A stretch of 64,000 nt of DNA, from positions 63,798,001 through 63,862,000 of the forward strand of contig NC_042999.1 in assembly GCF_006345805.1 (NCBI RefSeq). Reading direction: 5' to 3'. Positions within the stretch are counted from its first letter, which is position 1. Each line of letters opens with the position of its first letter. This stretch comes from Octopus sinensis. Its lineage: Eukaryota. The notes under the pieces are model-generated. The model was not told the origin of the DNA and did no database searches. It saw only the letters and a list, made by a program, of their open reading frames with translations. This document shows positions 11,047-22,371 of this stretch, piece after piece. Position numbers and translations under genes: made by a program.

Positions 11047-14000
11047 ATGATATCTGGCAAATGCAAGCTTTCTTTTCAGGTACAGAACACTGCGGCCCCT
11101 CATCCCAGGGTCTCAGAGGCCCACACCTCCCACACCCTCAGGGTAGGCACCCTCAACGTTGGCACATTGAAAGGTAGGTCTGGCGAGATAGTCGAGATGC
11201 TTGAACGGAGACGTGTTGATGTATGTTGTATGCAAGAAATAAGGTGGAGAGGAGGATCTGCTAGGGTCCTCACAGGCAAGGGACACAGGTACAAGATTTT
11301 CTGGGCAGGGAACACTGACGGGGTTGGTGGCGTGGGTATAATTATCGCTGAGAAATGGATAGATAGAGTAATTGAGGTAATCAGAGTAAGTGACAGAATA
11401 CTTAAGATTAGAATAGTGCTTCATAATAGATTAGCAACCATTATATCGGCCTATGCCCCTCAGCCAGGGCTACCCGATGGACAGAAAGACAGTTTCTATG
11501 ACACCCTACTGCAGACCACCTCATCGACGAACGACAGGGACCTTCTCTTTGTGGCTGGTGATTTCAATGGGCATGTTGGACGACATGCTGGGGGCTTCCA
11601 TGGCGTACATGGAGGCTACGGTTATGGTTCCCGCAACGAGGAGGGAACCAGGCTGCTGGAGTTCTGCGATGCGAATAGTCTTATGGTCTGCAACACTAAC
11701 TTCAGGAAACCAACAAGCCACCTGGTCACTTACCGATCGGGCCGGCATACTAGCCAAATCGACTACATCCTTGCCAGAAAAAGGGAAAGATGGCTGCTTA
11801 AAAATGCCAAAACCTTCCCAGGCGAAGAATGCACCCCACAACATAGACTGGTAGTTAGTGACTTTAGGATCAGGACTAAGAGGGCGACTAGAAGACGACC
11901 AACATGGAGAAGAAGGGTCTGGAAGCTTAAAGCCCCTGCGAATGGACAGAGATTTAGAGATATGTTACTTGAAGCCTTTGACGAAGTGGAAGGGGGTATA
12001 GCTACACATGGGGTAGAAGACAACTGGACGTTTCTGAGGGACAACCTGCTGAAAGCCGCTGACCAGATCTGTGGCTGGTGCAAAGTCCCCTTAAGACCCA
12101 AAATAACGTGGTGGTGGAACAATATTGTTGACAGGGCTATTAGACAAAAGAAACAGGCTTGGAAGGCCTGGAAGAACGGTGGTAGCAGGGAAGGGTATCA
12201 GACTGCCAGAAGGGAAGCTAGGAGACAGGTCTATCTAGCCAGAGGGGAAGCAGATAAGAGAAAATTTGCCAATGTCCTGCGCCGTGAGGATGAAAGACTT
12301 GAGGTATTTCGTGTTGCAAGACAGTGTGTGAGAGAGAATCGTGATGTGGTAGGAGAGAAATGTGTTCGCATGGAGGATGGTTCACTTGCGCTAAATGAGG
12401 ATGCAAAGAGAGAAGCTTGGAGACGCCACTATGAAAGGTTACTGAATGAGGAAAATGAATGGGATAAAGAGAGTCTGCCGAATGTTGACCCTACAGAGGG
12501 ACCAGCTATCCGAGTTGATAGTTCCGTGGTAGCTAAGGCAATTAGAAGCATGAAGACAGGGAAAGCCCCAGGCCCATCAGGAATTACTGCAGAGATGCTC
12601 AAAATATCTGGCAGTGTCGGCTATAACCTAGTCACCCGTATAGTCAACCAGGTGATACACGAAGGAGTCATACCCAATGACTGGTGCAGCAGCATACTAG
12701 TCAACTGCTACAAAGGTAAAGGTGATGCCCTAGATACAAATAATTACAGAGGTATCAAGCTGTTGGATCAAGTAATGAAGGTTACGGAGAGGGTCATAGC
12801 CCAACTAATTAGAGAGAGAGTTAGTTTAGATGAGATGCAGTTTGGGTTCGTGCCAGGAAAAAGTACCACTGATGCTATATTCCTGGTAAGGCAGCTGCAG
12901 GAGAAATACCTAGCCAAAGATAAGCCCCTGTACCTGGCTTTCGTTGACATGGAGAAAGCTTTTGATAGGGTCCCCCGATCCCTTATCTGGTGGTCAATGA
13001 GGAAACTAGGGATAGATGAATGGCTGGTGAGGACTGTGCAAGCCATGTACAGAGATGCCGTAAGTAAGGTTAGGGTTGGCAACATGTACACAGAAGAATT
13101 CAAAGTAGAGGTTGGGGTCCACCAGGGTTCAGTACTCAGCCCCCTCCTATTTATCATAGTACTCCAGGCAATTACGGAGGAATTCAAGACAGGCTGTCCC
13201 TGGGAGCTCCTCTACGCTGACGACCTTGCTCTTATTGCTGAGTCACTATCAGAACTGGAGGAGAAGTTCCAGGTGTGGAAGGAGGGTTTAGAATCAAGGG
13301 GCCTTAGAGTCAACCTAGCTAAAACCAAAGTACTAATAAGTAGAAAGGTAGACAATCCACAAATATCTTCAGGAAGATGGCCCTGCTCGATCTGTAGAAA
13401 AGGTGTAGGTAGAAACTCTATAAGATGTACCCAGTGTAAGCTATGGACACATAAGAGGTGCAGCAATGTCAAAGGTAGGCTAACTGGGAAGATAGTTTTT
13501 GTATGTGGCAGATGCTCGGGAGCATTAACCTCCGAAAATCTGCAGAAAACAACTTCCGTCACTTTCCAGGGGGAAAAACTAGAAGTAGTTGATAGCTTCC
13601 GTTATCTAGGTGACCAAGTCAGTAGTGGGGGTGGGTGCGCTGAAAGTGTAACTGCTAGAATAAGAATAGCCTGGGCAAAGTTTAGGGAGCTCTTACCTCT
13701 GCTGGTGACTAAAGGCCTCTCGCTCAGAGTAAAAGGCAGACTGTATGATGCGTGTGTACGAACAGCCATGCTACATGGCAGCGAAACATGGGCTGTGACT
13801 GCTGAGGACATGCGTAAGCTCGTGAGGAATGAAGCCAGTATGCTCCGATGGATGTGTAATGTCAGTGTACATACTCGACAGAGCGTTAGCACCTTGAGAG
13901 AAATGTTGTACCTAAGAAGCATCAGTTGTGGTGTGCAAGAGAGACGATTGCGCTGGTATGGTCATGTGGCGAGAATGGATGAAGATAGGTGTGTGAGAAA

Positions 14001-14169
14001 GTGCCAATCCCTAGCAGTTGAGGGAACCCGTGGAAGAGGTAGACCCAGGAAAACCTGGGATGAGGTGGTGAAGCACGACCTTCGAACTTTAGGCCTCACT
14101 GAGGAAATGACCAGAGACCGAGACCTTTGGAAATATTCTGTACGTGAGAAGACCAGGCAGGACAAGTGA
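11047..14169 (+). CDS. RTE-clade non-LTR retrotransposon ORF: APE endonuclease + reverse transcriptase + PHD-type finger, 1040 aa
   Basis: APE motifs TLNVGTL, CCMQEIRW, AGDFNGHVG, SQIDYIL, QHRLV; RT motifs KAPGPSG, NYRGIKLL, QFGF, DMEKAFD, GVHQGSVLSP, LLYADD, FRYLG; RTE-like C-terminus RLRWYGHV..GRGRPRKTW. Confidence 0.97.
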   Translation: MISGKCKLSFQVQNTAAPHPRVSEAHTSHTLRVGTLNVGTLKGRSGEIVEMLERRRVDVCCMQEIRWRGGSARVLTGKGHRYKIFWAGNTDGVGGVGIIIAEKWIDRVIEVIRVSDRILKIRIVLHNRLATIISAYAPQPGLPDGQKDSFYDTLLQTTSSTNDRDLLFVAGDFNGHVGRHAGGFHGVHGGYGYGSRNEEGTRLLEFCDANSLMVCNTNFRKPTSHLVTYRSGRHTSQIDYILARKRERWLLKNAKTFPGEECTPQHRLVVSDFRIRTKRATRRRPTWRRRVWKLKAPANGQRFRDMLLEAFDEVEGGIATHGVEDNWTFLRDNLLKAADQICGWCKVPLRPKITWWWNNIVDRAIRQKKQAWKAWKNGGSREGYQTARREARRQVYLARGEADKRKFANVLRREDERLEVFRVARQCVRENRDVVGEKCVRMEDGSLALNEDAKREAWRRHYERLLNEENEWDKESLPNVDPTEGPAIRVDSSVVAKAIRSMKTGKAPGPSGITAEMLKISGSVGYNLVTRIVNQVIHEGVIPNDWCSSILVNCYKGKGDALDTNNYRGIKLLDQVMKVTERVIAQLIRERVSLDEMQFGFVPGKSTTDAIFLVRQLQEKYLAKDKPLYLAFVDMEKAFDRVPRSLIWWSMRKLGIDEWLVRTVQAMYRDAVSKVRVGNMYTEEFKVEVGVHQGSVLSPLLFIIVLQAITEEFKTGCPWELLYADDLALIAESLSELEEKFQVWKEGLESRGLRVNLAKTKVLISRKVDNPQISSGRWPCSICRKGVGRNSIRCTQCKLWTHKRCSNVKGRLTGKIVFVCGRCSGALTSENLQKTTSVTFQGEKLEVVDSFRYLGDQVSSGGGCAESVTARIRIAWAKFRELLPLLVTKGLSLRVKGRLYDACVRTAMLHGSETWAVTAEDMRKLVRNEASMLRWMCNVSVHTRQSVSTLREMLYLRSISCGVQERRLRWYGHVARMDEDRCVRKCQSLAVEGTRGRGRPRKTWDEVVKHDLRTLGLTEEMTRDRDLWKYSVREKTRQDK

Positions 14170-14289
14170 GCCCAGCCCACTTATGAATGCCTTTCCTCCC
14201 TTGGACACAAAGACCGGTTGAGGCAAGCGAAGTCGATATAGAACCTCATCCGACGACAGACACCCATCCCAACCCCCCATGCTTGCAAA

Positions 14290-14715
14290 GACATGTTGGG
14301 GCAAGCGAAATCGAAATCGAAATCGAAACCGAATTGAACCAGCCAGGATCCCTGGCCTGGTGGTACGTAAAAAGCACTATCCGACTCGGGGCCGTGGCAC
14401 GTAAAATACTCCAATGCGACCGTATGACAGGCACCCATGCCAACCCCCTTTGCTTGTGAAGACATGTTGGGGCAAGCGAAATCGAAATCGAATTGAACCA
14501 GCCAGGATCCCTGGTCTGGTGGTACGTAAAAAGCACTATCCGACTCGTGGCCGTGGCACGTAAAATACTCCAATGCGACCGTACGACAGGCACCCTTGCC
14601 AACCCCCTTTGCTTGTGAAGACATGTTGGGGCAAGCGAAATCGAAATCGAATTGAACCAGCCAGGATCCCTGGTCTGGTGGTACGTAAAAAGCACTATCC
14701 GACTCGTGGCCGATG
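14290..14715 (+). repeat. About 2.6 tandem copies of a 159-171-bp unit in the RTE 3' UTR
   Basis: gacatgttggggcaagcgaaatc starts at 14290, 14461, 14620; periods 171 and 159 differ by two extra hexamers in a (GAAATC)n-like run. Confidence 0.92.
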
Positions 14716-15568
14716 CCAGCACCGCCTCGACTGGCTTCTGTGCCGGTGGCACATAAAATACACCAATCTGACCGTGGCCGTTGCCAGCCCCGCCTGGCAC
14801 CTGTGCAGGTGGCACGTAAAAAGCACCCACTACACTCACGGAGTGGTTGGCGTTAGGAAGGGCATCCAGCTGTAGAAACATTGCCAAATTAGACTGGAGC
14901 CTGGTGCAGCCTTCTGGCTTCCCAGAACCCCGGTCGAACCATCCAACCCATGCTAGCATGGAGAACGGACGTTAAACGACGATGATAACGATGATGATAC
15001 ACTCTGCATTTAAGATGTTTTTGTTTTTTTTTACTGAAGTGTGGGTTTCTTGGTGCTTTGAAAAAATTATATGAAATAAATATATTATAGAATATTTATG
15101 AACACCAATCTTGAGCAATGGAAAGAGAGCAGATCTAAGGTTAGGGCTTGTATTGTTTTATATATATATCATCTTTGTTGTTTTTCCATCTCCTTTACCA
15201 TACTGTCATGGGTTGGACAAGACCTTTTGAAGTAGTCTTTCACATTTGGGTGTCCTTTTTAAAATTAACAATTTTAATTGCCCCTTACAGCATGCAGGCA
15301 TCTTTTCTAAAAATGAAGACACACACACACATATTTATGATCATCAGTGATTCACATAAACTTTTCCATTCTAAGTTGGGTGGTTTTTCTTATCATCTCT
15401 TCATGCAGAGATGAAGTGTGCCCACTCTAAAACTGGGGTACACCAGAACGCACATTCTCCTAAATCTATATGCGAGTATATTATGCTTCAGTGAATTAAC
15501 ATATTCTATAATTCTCTATTTTCTATGCACTTTTTATATAATTTTTCTCTTTTCTCCTTTTCTTGTAG

Positions 15569-15694
15569 GTCATCTCAGTACGGCCCGTATTTTCTTTTAT
15601 AACACATTATGCCAGCTGCCTTCTCCACAGTACATGCTGTTTGCTTTAACTGTCTCTGCTACATGGCCTTTGGTGTTGACTTTTAACAGAGAAG
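15569..15694 (+). CDS. ICE1: ICE1-like coding exon
   Basis: tcttgtag acceptor, G|gtaacc donor; GHLSTARIFFYNTLCQLPSPQYMLFALTVSATWPLVLTFNRE. Confidence 0.85.
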
Positions 15695-15754
15695 GTAACC
15701 CTCTTTTCTATTTAGGTTTTATAATCTTAATCTTAAATTTAATAATCTACCCAC

Positions 15755-15839
15755 GGGCATATGGCGTAGTGGTTAAGAGCGCAGGCTACTAACTCCAAGA
15801 TTCTGAGTTCAATTCCAAGTAGTGACCTGAATAATAATT
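15755..15839 (+). mobile_element. Short tRNA-derived retroposon / tRNA pseudogene with (AAT)n tail
   Basis: tggcgtagtggttaagagc (A box), gagttcaattcc (B box), tail aataataat; acceptor stem does not pair. Confidence 0.65.
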
Positions 15840-15842
15840 ATA

Positions 15843-16007
15843 GGCGCAGGAGTGGTTGTGTGGTAAGTAGCTTGCTTACCAACCACATGATTCTGGGTTC
15901 AGTCCCACTGCATGACACCTTGGGCAAGTGTCTTCCATTTTAGCCTCAGGCCGACCAAAGCCTTGTGAGTGGATTTGGTAGACGGAAACTGAAAGAAGCC
16001 CGTTGTA

Positions 16008-16085
<78 letters not shown>

Positions 16086-16304
16086 AGTATGTGTGTGTAT
16101 ATGTTTGTGTCTGTGTTTGTCTCCCCCAACATCGCTTGACAACCAATGGTGGCGTGTTTACGTCCCATAACTTAGTGGTTCGGCAAAATAGACCGAAAGA
16201 ATAAGTATTAGGCTTACAAATAATAAGTCCTGGGGTAGATTTGCTTGACTAAAGGCAGTGCTCCAGCATGGCCGCAGTCAAATGACTGAAACAAGTAAAA
16301 GAGT
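15843..16304 (+). mobile_element. SINE family A with expanded (TA)n
   Basis: full-length copy; about 80-nt TA array at the internal site. Confidence 0.88.
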
Positions 16305-16594
16305 AACATGAACTATTGATTGGCCAGTTGGACCCTACCTCCTCTTTCTGCCCATAAATCAAACAAAGTTGTTATTTAACTAAATCCCTCCAAATTGTTG
16401 AATACTTTAAAATTTTCTTGAAACATAGGCTGTGTGTTTCATTACAAATATTGTTATGCAATGGTTAAAGTTTGTCTACCACAGCACATTATTTTCAGTA
16501 ATGATGCTACCTACCTTCTACCAGTTATTGTATTCTTTGTGTGGCATCATTTCAAAAATAGGCTCTTTTTAATTTTTCTTTATCTATTTCACAG

Positions 16595-16671
16595 GTGGAC
16601 AAGTGACTTTACCTCAAGTTATTGAACACGTAGTAGTTAATTCAATCAAAGGAAAACATGTAGATAAAAAG
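16595..16671 (+). CDS. ICE1: ICE1-like coding exon
   Basis: tttcacag acceptor, AAG|gtgagt donor; GGQVTLPQVIEHVVVNSIKGKHVDKK. Confidence 0.8.
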
Positions 16672-16884
16672 GTGAGTGATCTTCAGGTTTGCTTCTGGTG
16701 TCTTCATTTTTTTTTTTATGATTTGTTTTCAAGAGTGCATTCATAACTAAGCATGAAACAATTCATGCAAAGAATGCAAAACTATTCATTGAATTTGTTA
16801 TGAATCTAATCTCCAACATTTCCATTTGTTCAATCACTGGTTATTCTTATGATCATGTTCATTGAAGAAACCTTTTATTTAAAA

Positions 16885-17260
16885 CTAGCACTATGACCCA
16901 GCGTTGCCAGGTCATAGTGCTAGTGTATGCATATATAGCTGCGTGCGTGCGCACATACACGCGAGTGCTATCCAAATCTCCAACCAATCACATAAAGCTA
17001 GCTGGCATTCAATTGGCGTATCAAGTTTCGGGCACTTTGATTGGGTTTTGGATAGAAAATTCACAAAAATGTCACTTCTATTGATTTTTTAATGGCTTTG
17101 CAGGGTGACTGGCGAAATGTAAAGATGTGCACGACAACCCTTGGACGGTTTTGAATGACCATAGAAAGTGCGAGCTCTCTGACTGAAAAATTGTGGATTT
17201 GTATAAAGGACACGCACACACACACACTCACACATATTTTGCCGTTTATATATATAGAGA
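16885..17260 (-). mobile_element. Non-autonomous Helitron-like element
   Basis: on - strand A|TCTCTATATATATAAA ... hairpin gcactatgac-N13-gtcatagtgc CTAG|T. Confidence 0.8.
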
Positions 17261-18620
17261 TTGTAGTGACACTTGTCTCAATTCACCATGCACTGAATTG
17301 CTACAAACAATGGAGACATAGTTGTGTGATAAAGAAACTTGCTTCCCAACCACATGGTTCCTTATTTAGTCCCACTGCATTATGACTTTGGCAAATGTCC
17401 TTTATTATAGCTCCAGGCTGACCAAAGCTTTGTGAGTAGATTTGGTAGATAGAAATTGAAAGTGTGTTGTGTATATATACACAGGTGCCTTTTTTGAGGA
17501 ATCTGTGTTGATGACATATAAAAGGCACCCATGCTGGTGTTAGGAAGGGCATCCAGCTATAGAAACCAAGCCAAAATAGAGAACTGGTGTCTGGTACAGC
17601 TCTCTGGTTTACCACCTTCAATCAAATTGTCTAATCCATGCCAGCATGGAAAACGGCTGTTAAATGATAATGGTATGCATGCGTGTGTGTGTTTGTGTGT
17701 GTGAGAGTTGCTATTCTCTTTTGATAATTGCAAGCAAGTGTTACCATCATACAAATGGTGTCCTTTGTTTCTAATCTTCTGTGTAAACATGTCCAGCCAC
17801 AAGGAAATATTACCTTAGTTGAAAACAGGTAAGGGTCGGTGACAGGAAGGGCATCCAGTCATAAAAAAATCTACCTCAACAAATTCCATCTAACCCATGC
17901 TGAGCATGGAAAAGTCACTGTTAAGATGATGATGATGGCAGTAGTTATGAAGAAGAATGTGGCTGAGCTTGACAATATCAGCAACGCTGTTGAAGAACTT
18001 AAGAAAAGATTGGGGAAGGCAAGGGGAATTTTGCTAGTTGACATCAAAAAAGAAATTAAAGAATATATAAAGAATAGTTTTCCTGGAGTTGTGAACTTAA
18101 TGATTTATGTAATTTTCATATTTCAAAGAAGGATTCCTCTGTTGGCTATATGAATAGAAATGAAGATATATTGGGAAAAACTTCAACCAGTGCTAAATTA
18201 TTTCATAACAAAGCAATTACATAAACAAACAACATTCTCTGGATGCAAAAAGTGGCTTGGTGTTTGTAATTTTATTCCCAAAAAGGTCGACAGTATGTGG
18301 ATGTATTCCTAGAATATATGTTTATAATAAAGATAACACTATATGTCATGTCAGACCAAACTCCAGTTGCTGTCATGTTAACTCACAATAAGGCTAAGTG
18401 TCTATATCCAACTGTCAATTACTACAATAGCAGCTAAAATAATGCGTGTATCATGAATGGGAGTGCAGAGTATATAAACAATTGAAAAGTATTCTTAATA
18501 ACCTGTTTCAAGAAAAGAACATTTTATTTTTTAAAACTTTGGCTACAAGATACCATATTTGGCTAGGTTTGAGAAGAGAGCCACTAAGTCAATGTTAATA
18601 GTTATTAATGATGTAGGAGT

Positions 18621-19104
<484 letters not shown>

Positions 19105-19401
19105 ATAATATCCCTATATGGGATATTATGGGGATATTAACAATATGTCCTTTCGCGAGAAACAAACATGGGATAGTAAAAAGGAGAGAAAAGAGGAGAG
19201 ACAGTGACAGTACATGTTGGTAGTGGAAAAGTGGATGAACAGAAAAAACACGATGAGCAGCTTGATGAGATAGCAATGAAGATGCGTCAGAGTAAGAGAA
19301 AGTTAGTGATAGAGATGGGTCATGGTAATGGTGGTTGGCAAAGGAGTAATGTAAGAGAAAGACAAAACAAAAATTCAAATGGAAATTGTAGTTAAGACAC
19401 C

Positions 19402-19663
19402 CATGCTGGTGACACGTAAAAAGCACCGTCCGAACGTGGCAGATGCCAGCACCGCCTGACTGGCGTTCATGTCGGTAACACGTAAAAGCACCAACCGATC
19501 GTGGTCGTTTGCCAGCCTGCTCTGGCCCCTGTGCTGGTGGCACGTAAAAAACACCCACTACACTCATGGAGTGGTTGGTGTTAGGATGGGCATCCAGCTG
19601 TAGAAACACTGCCAAATCAGACTAGAGCCTGAAAAACGGACGTTAAATGATGGTGATGATGAT
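19402..19663 (+). mobile_element. RTE 3'-UTR-derived repeat with internal deletion
   Basis: modules and tail present, palindrome block missing. Confidence 0.75.
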
Positions 19664-20929
19664 TACTGGCAGCTACACAGTTGTTGGGAGGAGTTTGAAT
19701 AGAAAACAGCATAAATTGAGGAATAGGATAGCTGTGAAGTTGTATCATACTAAGGTAAAGCAAGTTACAGATGTTAACAGAGATAAGAGCAGATATCAAC
19801 TAACAGTCATAATGCAGGGGTAGACTTTAGTAATAGATGGAGAGAACTAAGAAAGAGAAAAATAGTATTAATAATTAAAAGGAAACATGTAGAGGTGGAT
19901 GAATCTGATCTTTAGTAAGTATGGAAATTTCACTGAGAAGCTCTAATAAAACTGAAACATGCCTGGAGTTGTTACTGTACTGTACTAAAGATTAAAGACA
20001 CTTCCTGCTTAATGTCTCTATTTGACTTTTAATCAATTTAAATTTCAGAGTTCTCCCACTTGTTTGACAAATTGTTATTAATAATACTGTTGACTTTCTT
20101 TCTATTGTGTTTTGATTATTGGCTCAATACATTATGTTTGTTTGCACTTAACAATCTTAACAATGATTTTTATGAAGAAAGTACCATTGGAAAATTTTTC
20201 TGACTGAACCTGACGTAGCCTTCCAGTTTAGCAGTTCTAGTCAAGCCGTATAACCCATGCCAGTGTGGAAAGCAGATGTTAAATGATGATATAGATGAAC
20301 TGTTTGAGTTAACTTCAGGACTCACACAAAGACACACATACACACAGTGTTAAACGGTTATGTTCCCTAAATGTACATCTTGATAGAGAGGAAGGAAGTG
20401 TATAATTGTTACTATGAAAAGTAACCGTAGCTGTCACTTGCAAGTGAATATAACTAGGTAGCATGTACCATGCCTTCACTGATTGTTATAGATCTCTGTG
20501 TAGTTGTGAGCAAACGCAGACATCCTCTTTGCCCTGTGAAACATCAAGGATGTGACAGCCAGAGAGAGAAAAATGTTGCAGCAGCACTAAGCTGGTATTC
20601 AATTTCTGCTGAGTAGATTGGAGTAATGTGAAAGGAAGTGCCGTGCTCAAGGACATAGTATGTCAACCAGTCCAGAAATCATGACCCTAACATGCTAACC
20701 ACTAAATCATGCATCTTCAATGTAGGATAAGTAATAAAGGAGACCCCAGATTAAGAACTACTGAGAAAGTGGTTCCCTCAATGTTTTACATGATAGATGT
20801 TTTATAGTTGGCTGTGGTTATGATGCAAAGAGAGAAAACCTATAATAGTGTGGATCAGAATTTTAATATGTTCTATTTCTGTATTAATCTAGGGTTTAAA
20901 TTCAATTTTACAATTTTTACTGTTTTTAG

Positions 20930-21050
20930 ATTCTGCGGTGTTTACATAAACTGTGTGGGTGGACTCTTCAAGCAGAAACTAAGAAAAATGAGGTTCCACG
21001 CCAGCTTTTAGCACAACTCCAGGGTTGTCTTGATGCTACGATGAGCAGAG
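20930..21050 (+). CDS. ICE1: ICE1-like coding exon
   Basis: gtttttag acceptor, G|gtttga donor; ILRCLHKLCGWTLQAETKKNEVPRQLLAQLQGCLDATMSR (cf. ICE1 VLNCLRAFLNW). Confidence 0.8.
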
Positions 21051-21700
21051 GTTTGATTCTTTTTCATTTGATATGCTTCATTTCTTTCTTTCAATTATTT
21101 TTGCTTACTCTCATGAAAGACAAAGTTGACCTTGATGAGATTTAAACTCAAAGCAGTGAATGTTGGATCCAATACTGTAAAGCAATCTTTCCGGTACTCT
21201 AATTCACTATATGACTATATCCTTATAAGCTGTATAGCAATATAAGCAGTGTAACTGGATGCTATATACCTTTATTGCATCTATGTTATATATATCTGTA
21301 TACCATGTTATATATCTAAATATTTGATATCATAATATAACTATACTGTATACATACATCTATACTTATACCTGCATTGTATATCACTATATATTTATAG
21401 TGTATACTATTATATTTTTTGGTAATATTATATGTTTATAGAAGGTGGTAAACCAGCAGAATCCTTAGCATACTGGGAAAAATACTAAGTGGTATTTCAT
21501 ACATCTTTATGTCCTGAGTTCAAGCTCTGCTGAGGGAGTTGATAAAATAAGTAACAGTTGGACAGTGGGGTTGATGTCCTTGACATGCCCCTCCTCTGAA
21601 ATCGCTGGCCTTTTGCCAAAATTTGAAATAAATATTATTGTCTATATTCTGTATAATATCTGTATTTATACTGTATATCACTATATTTGTTTCTCTCCAG

Positions 21701-21874
21701 ATGATACATTTCGTCTAATGAAAGGAATTGAACTGCTGAGTCTCCAAGAGAATTGGTCCTGGACGAACAGTCTAATTCGGAACCGTATTGGTCCTTTGTT
21801 AAAAAAATATCTCTCAATCGAAGAACCAAGTGAATCAGTCACCACCGTCTTGTCTTTCATACTTGAAATGTTAG
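21701..21874 (+). CDS. ICE1: ICE1-like coding exon
   Basis: ctctccag acceptor, G|gtgagt donor; DDTFRLMKGIELLSLQENWSWTNSLIRNRIGPLLKKY...VLSFILEML (cf. ICE1 AIDLLCCHQKWIWTHDNII...ILRLIG). Confidence 0.85.
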
Positions 21875-22371
21875 GTGAGTCTGTTATGTTTAATATTTTG
21901 TCTGATTTCTAATTGGTATTACAGTTAATCTCCCTTGCTATATCGAATATGTTTTTTGTTTGAGCAAGCTTCATAACTTTGCTACACCACTTTACTTGCC
22001 TAAGTGAAAACCTTGTTGGTTCCAGAAGTCCAATGGGCCAGTCACTGCTTCACTGATTTTCCGAGAAACATGTGGCATGTGGGATAACTTTGCTGTTTAG
22101 AACAAATGACACATGGGATATTTTTAATCTGAAAGCACCATTTTTTTCATTTATTTGCCAAAGTAGTACATAATTCACTGTTGTTAGCATTTTTTCTGTC
22201 TCGAGTATAATCAGCCGAAATTGTGAAGATAATCTGGTACTCAACTGAGGAAAGAAAACTTCGAATGACCTGTCCTTGTTTTCTTTGTATCGTCTATCTG
22301 GATGTTTTGTTGTCCCATTTTTGTATCACCTAACTGTCTGGATGTTTTGTGCTCTTATCCCATTTTGTATT

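Larger units (their letters stand above)
10300..14998 (+). mobile_element. Near full-length RTE LINE in ICE1 intron 8112-15568 (5' boundary approximate)
   Basis: intact ORF, about 830-nt 3' UTR ending in a (GAT)n-like tail at 14998; CpG-richer 5' region with a tandem duplication; no TSD found. Confidence 0.85.

Noticed and set aside
15755-15839. Functional tRNA gene
   Set aside because: Acceptor stem does not pair and an (AAT)n tail indicates a retroposed derivative.
15876-16204. ORFs rich in IY/YI/HT/CV dipeptides (also 8577, 18686-19072, 51094-51382)
   Set aside because: Artefacts of (TA)n/(CA)n microsatellites.
17839-18153. 104-aa ORF with a coiled-coil-like middle (ELKKRLGKARGILLVDIKKEIKEY)
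   Set aside because: Begins inside a repeat, has no splice context fitting ICE1 and no family I recognise; BLASTX would settle it.
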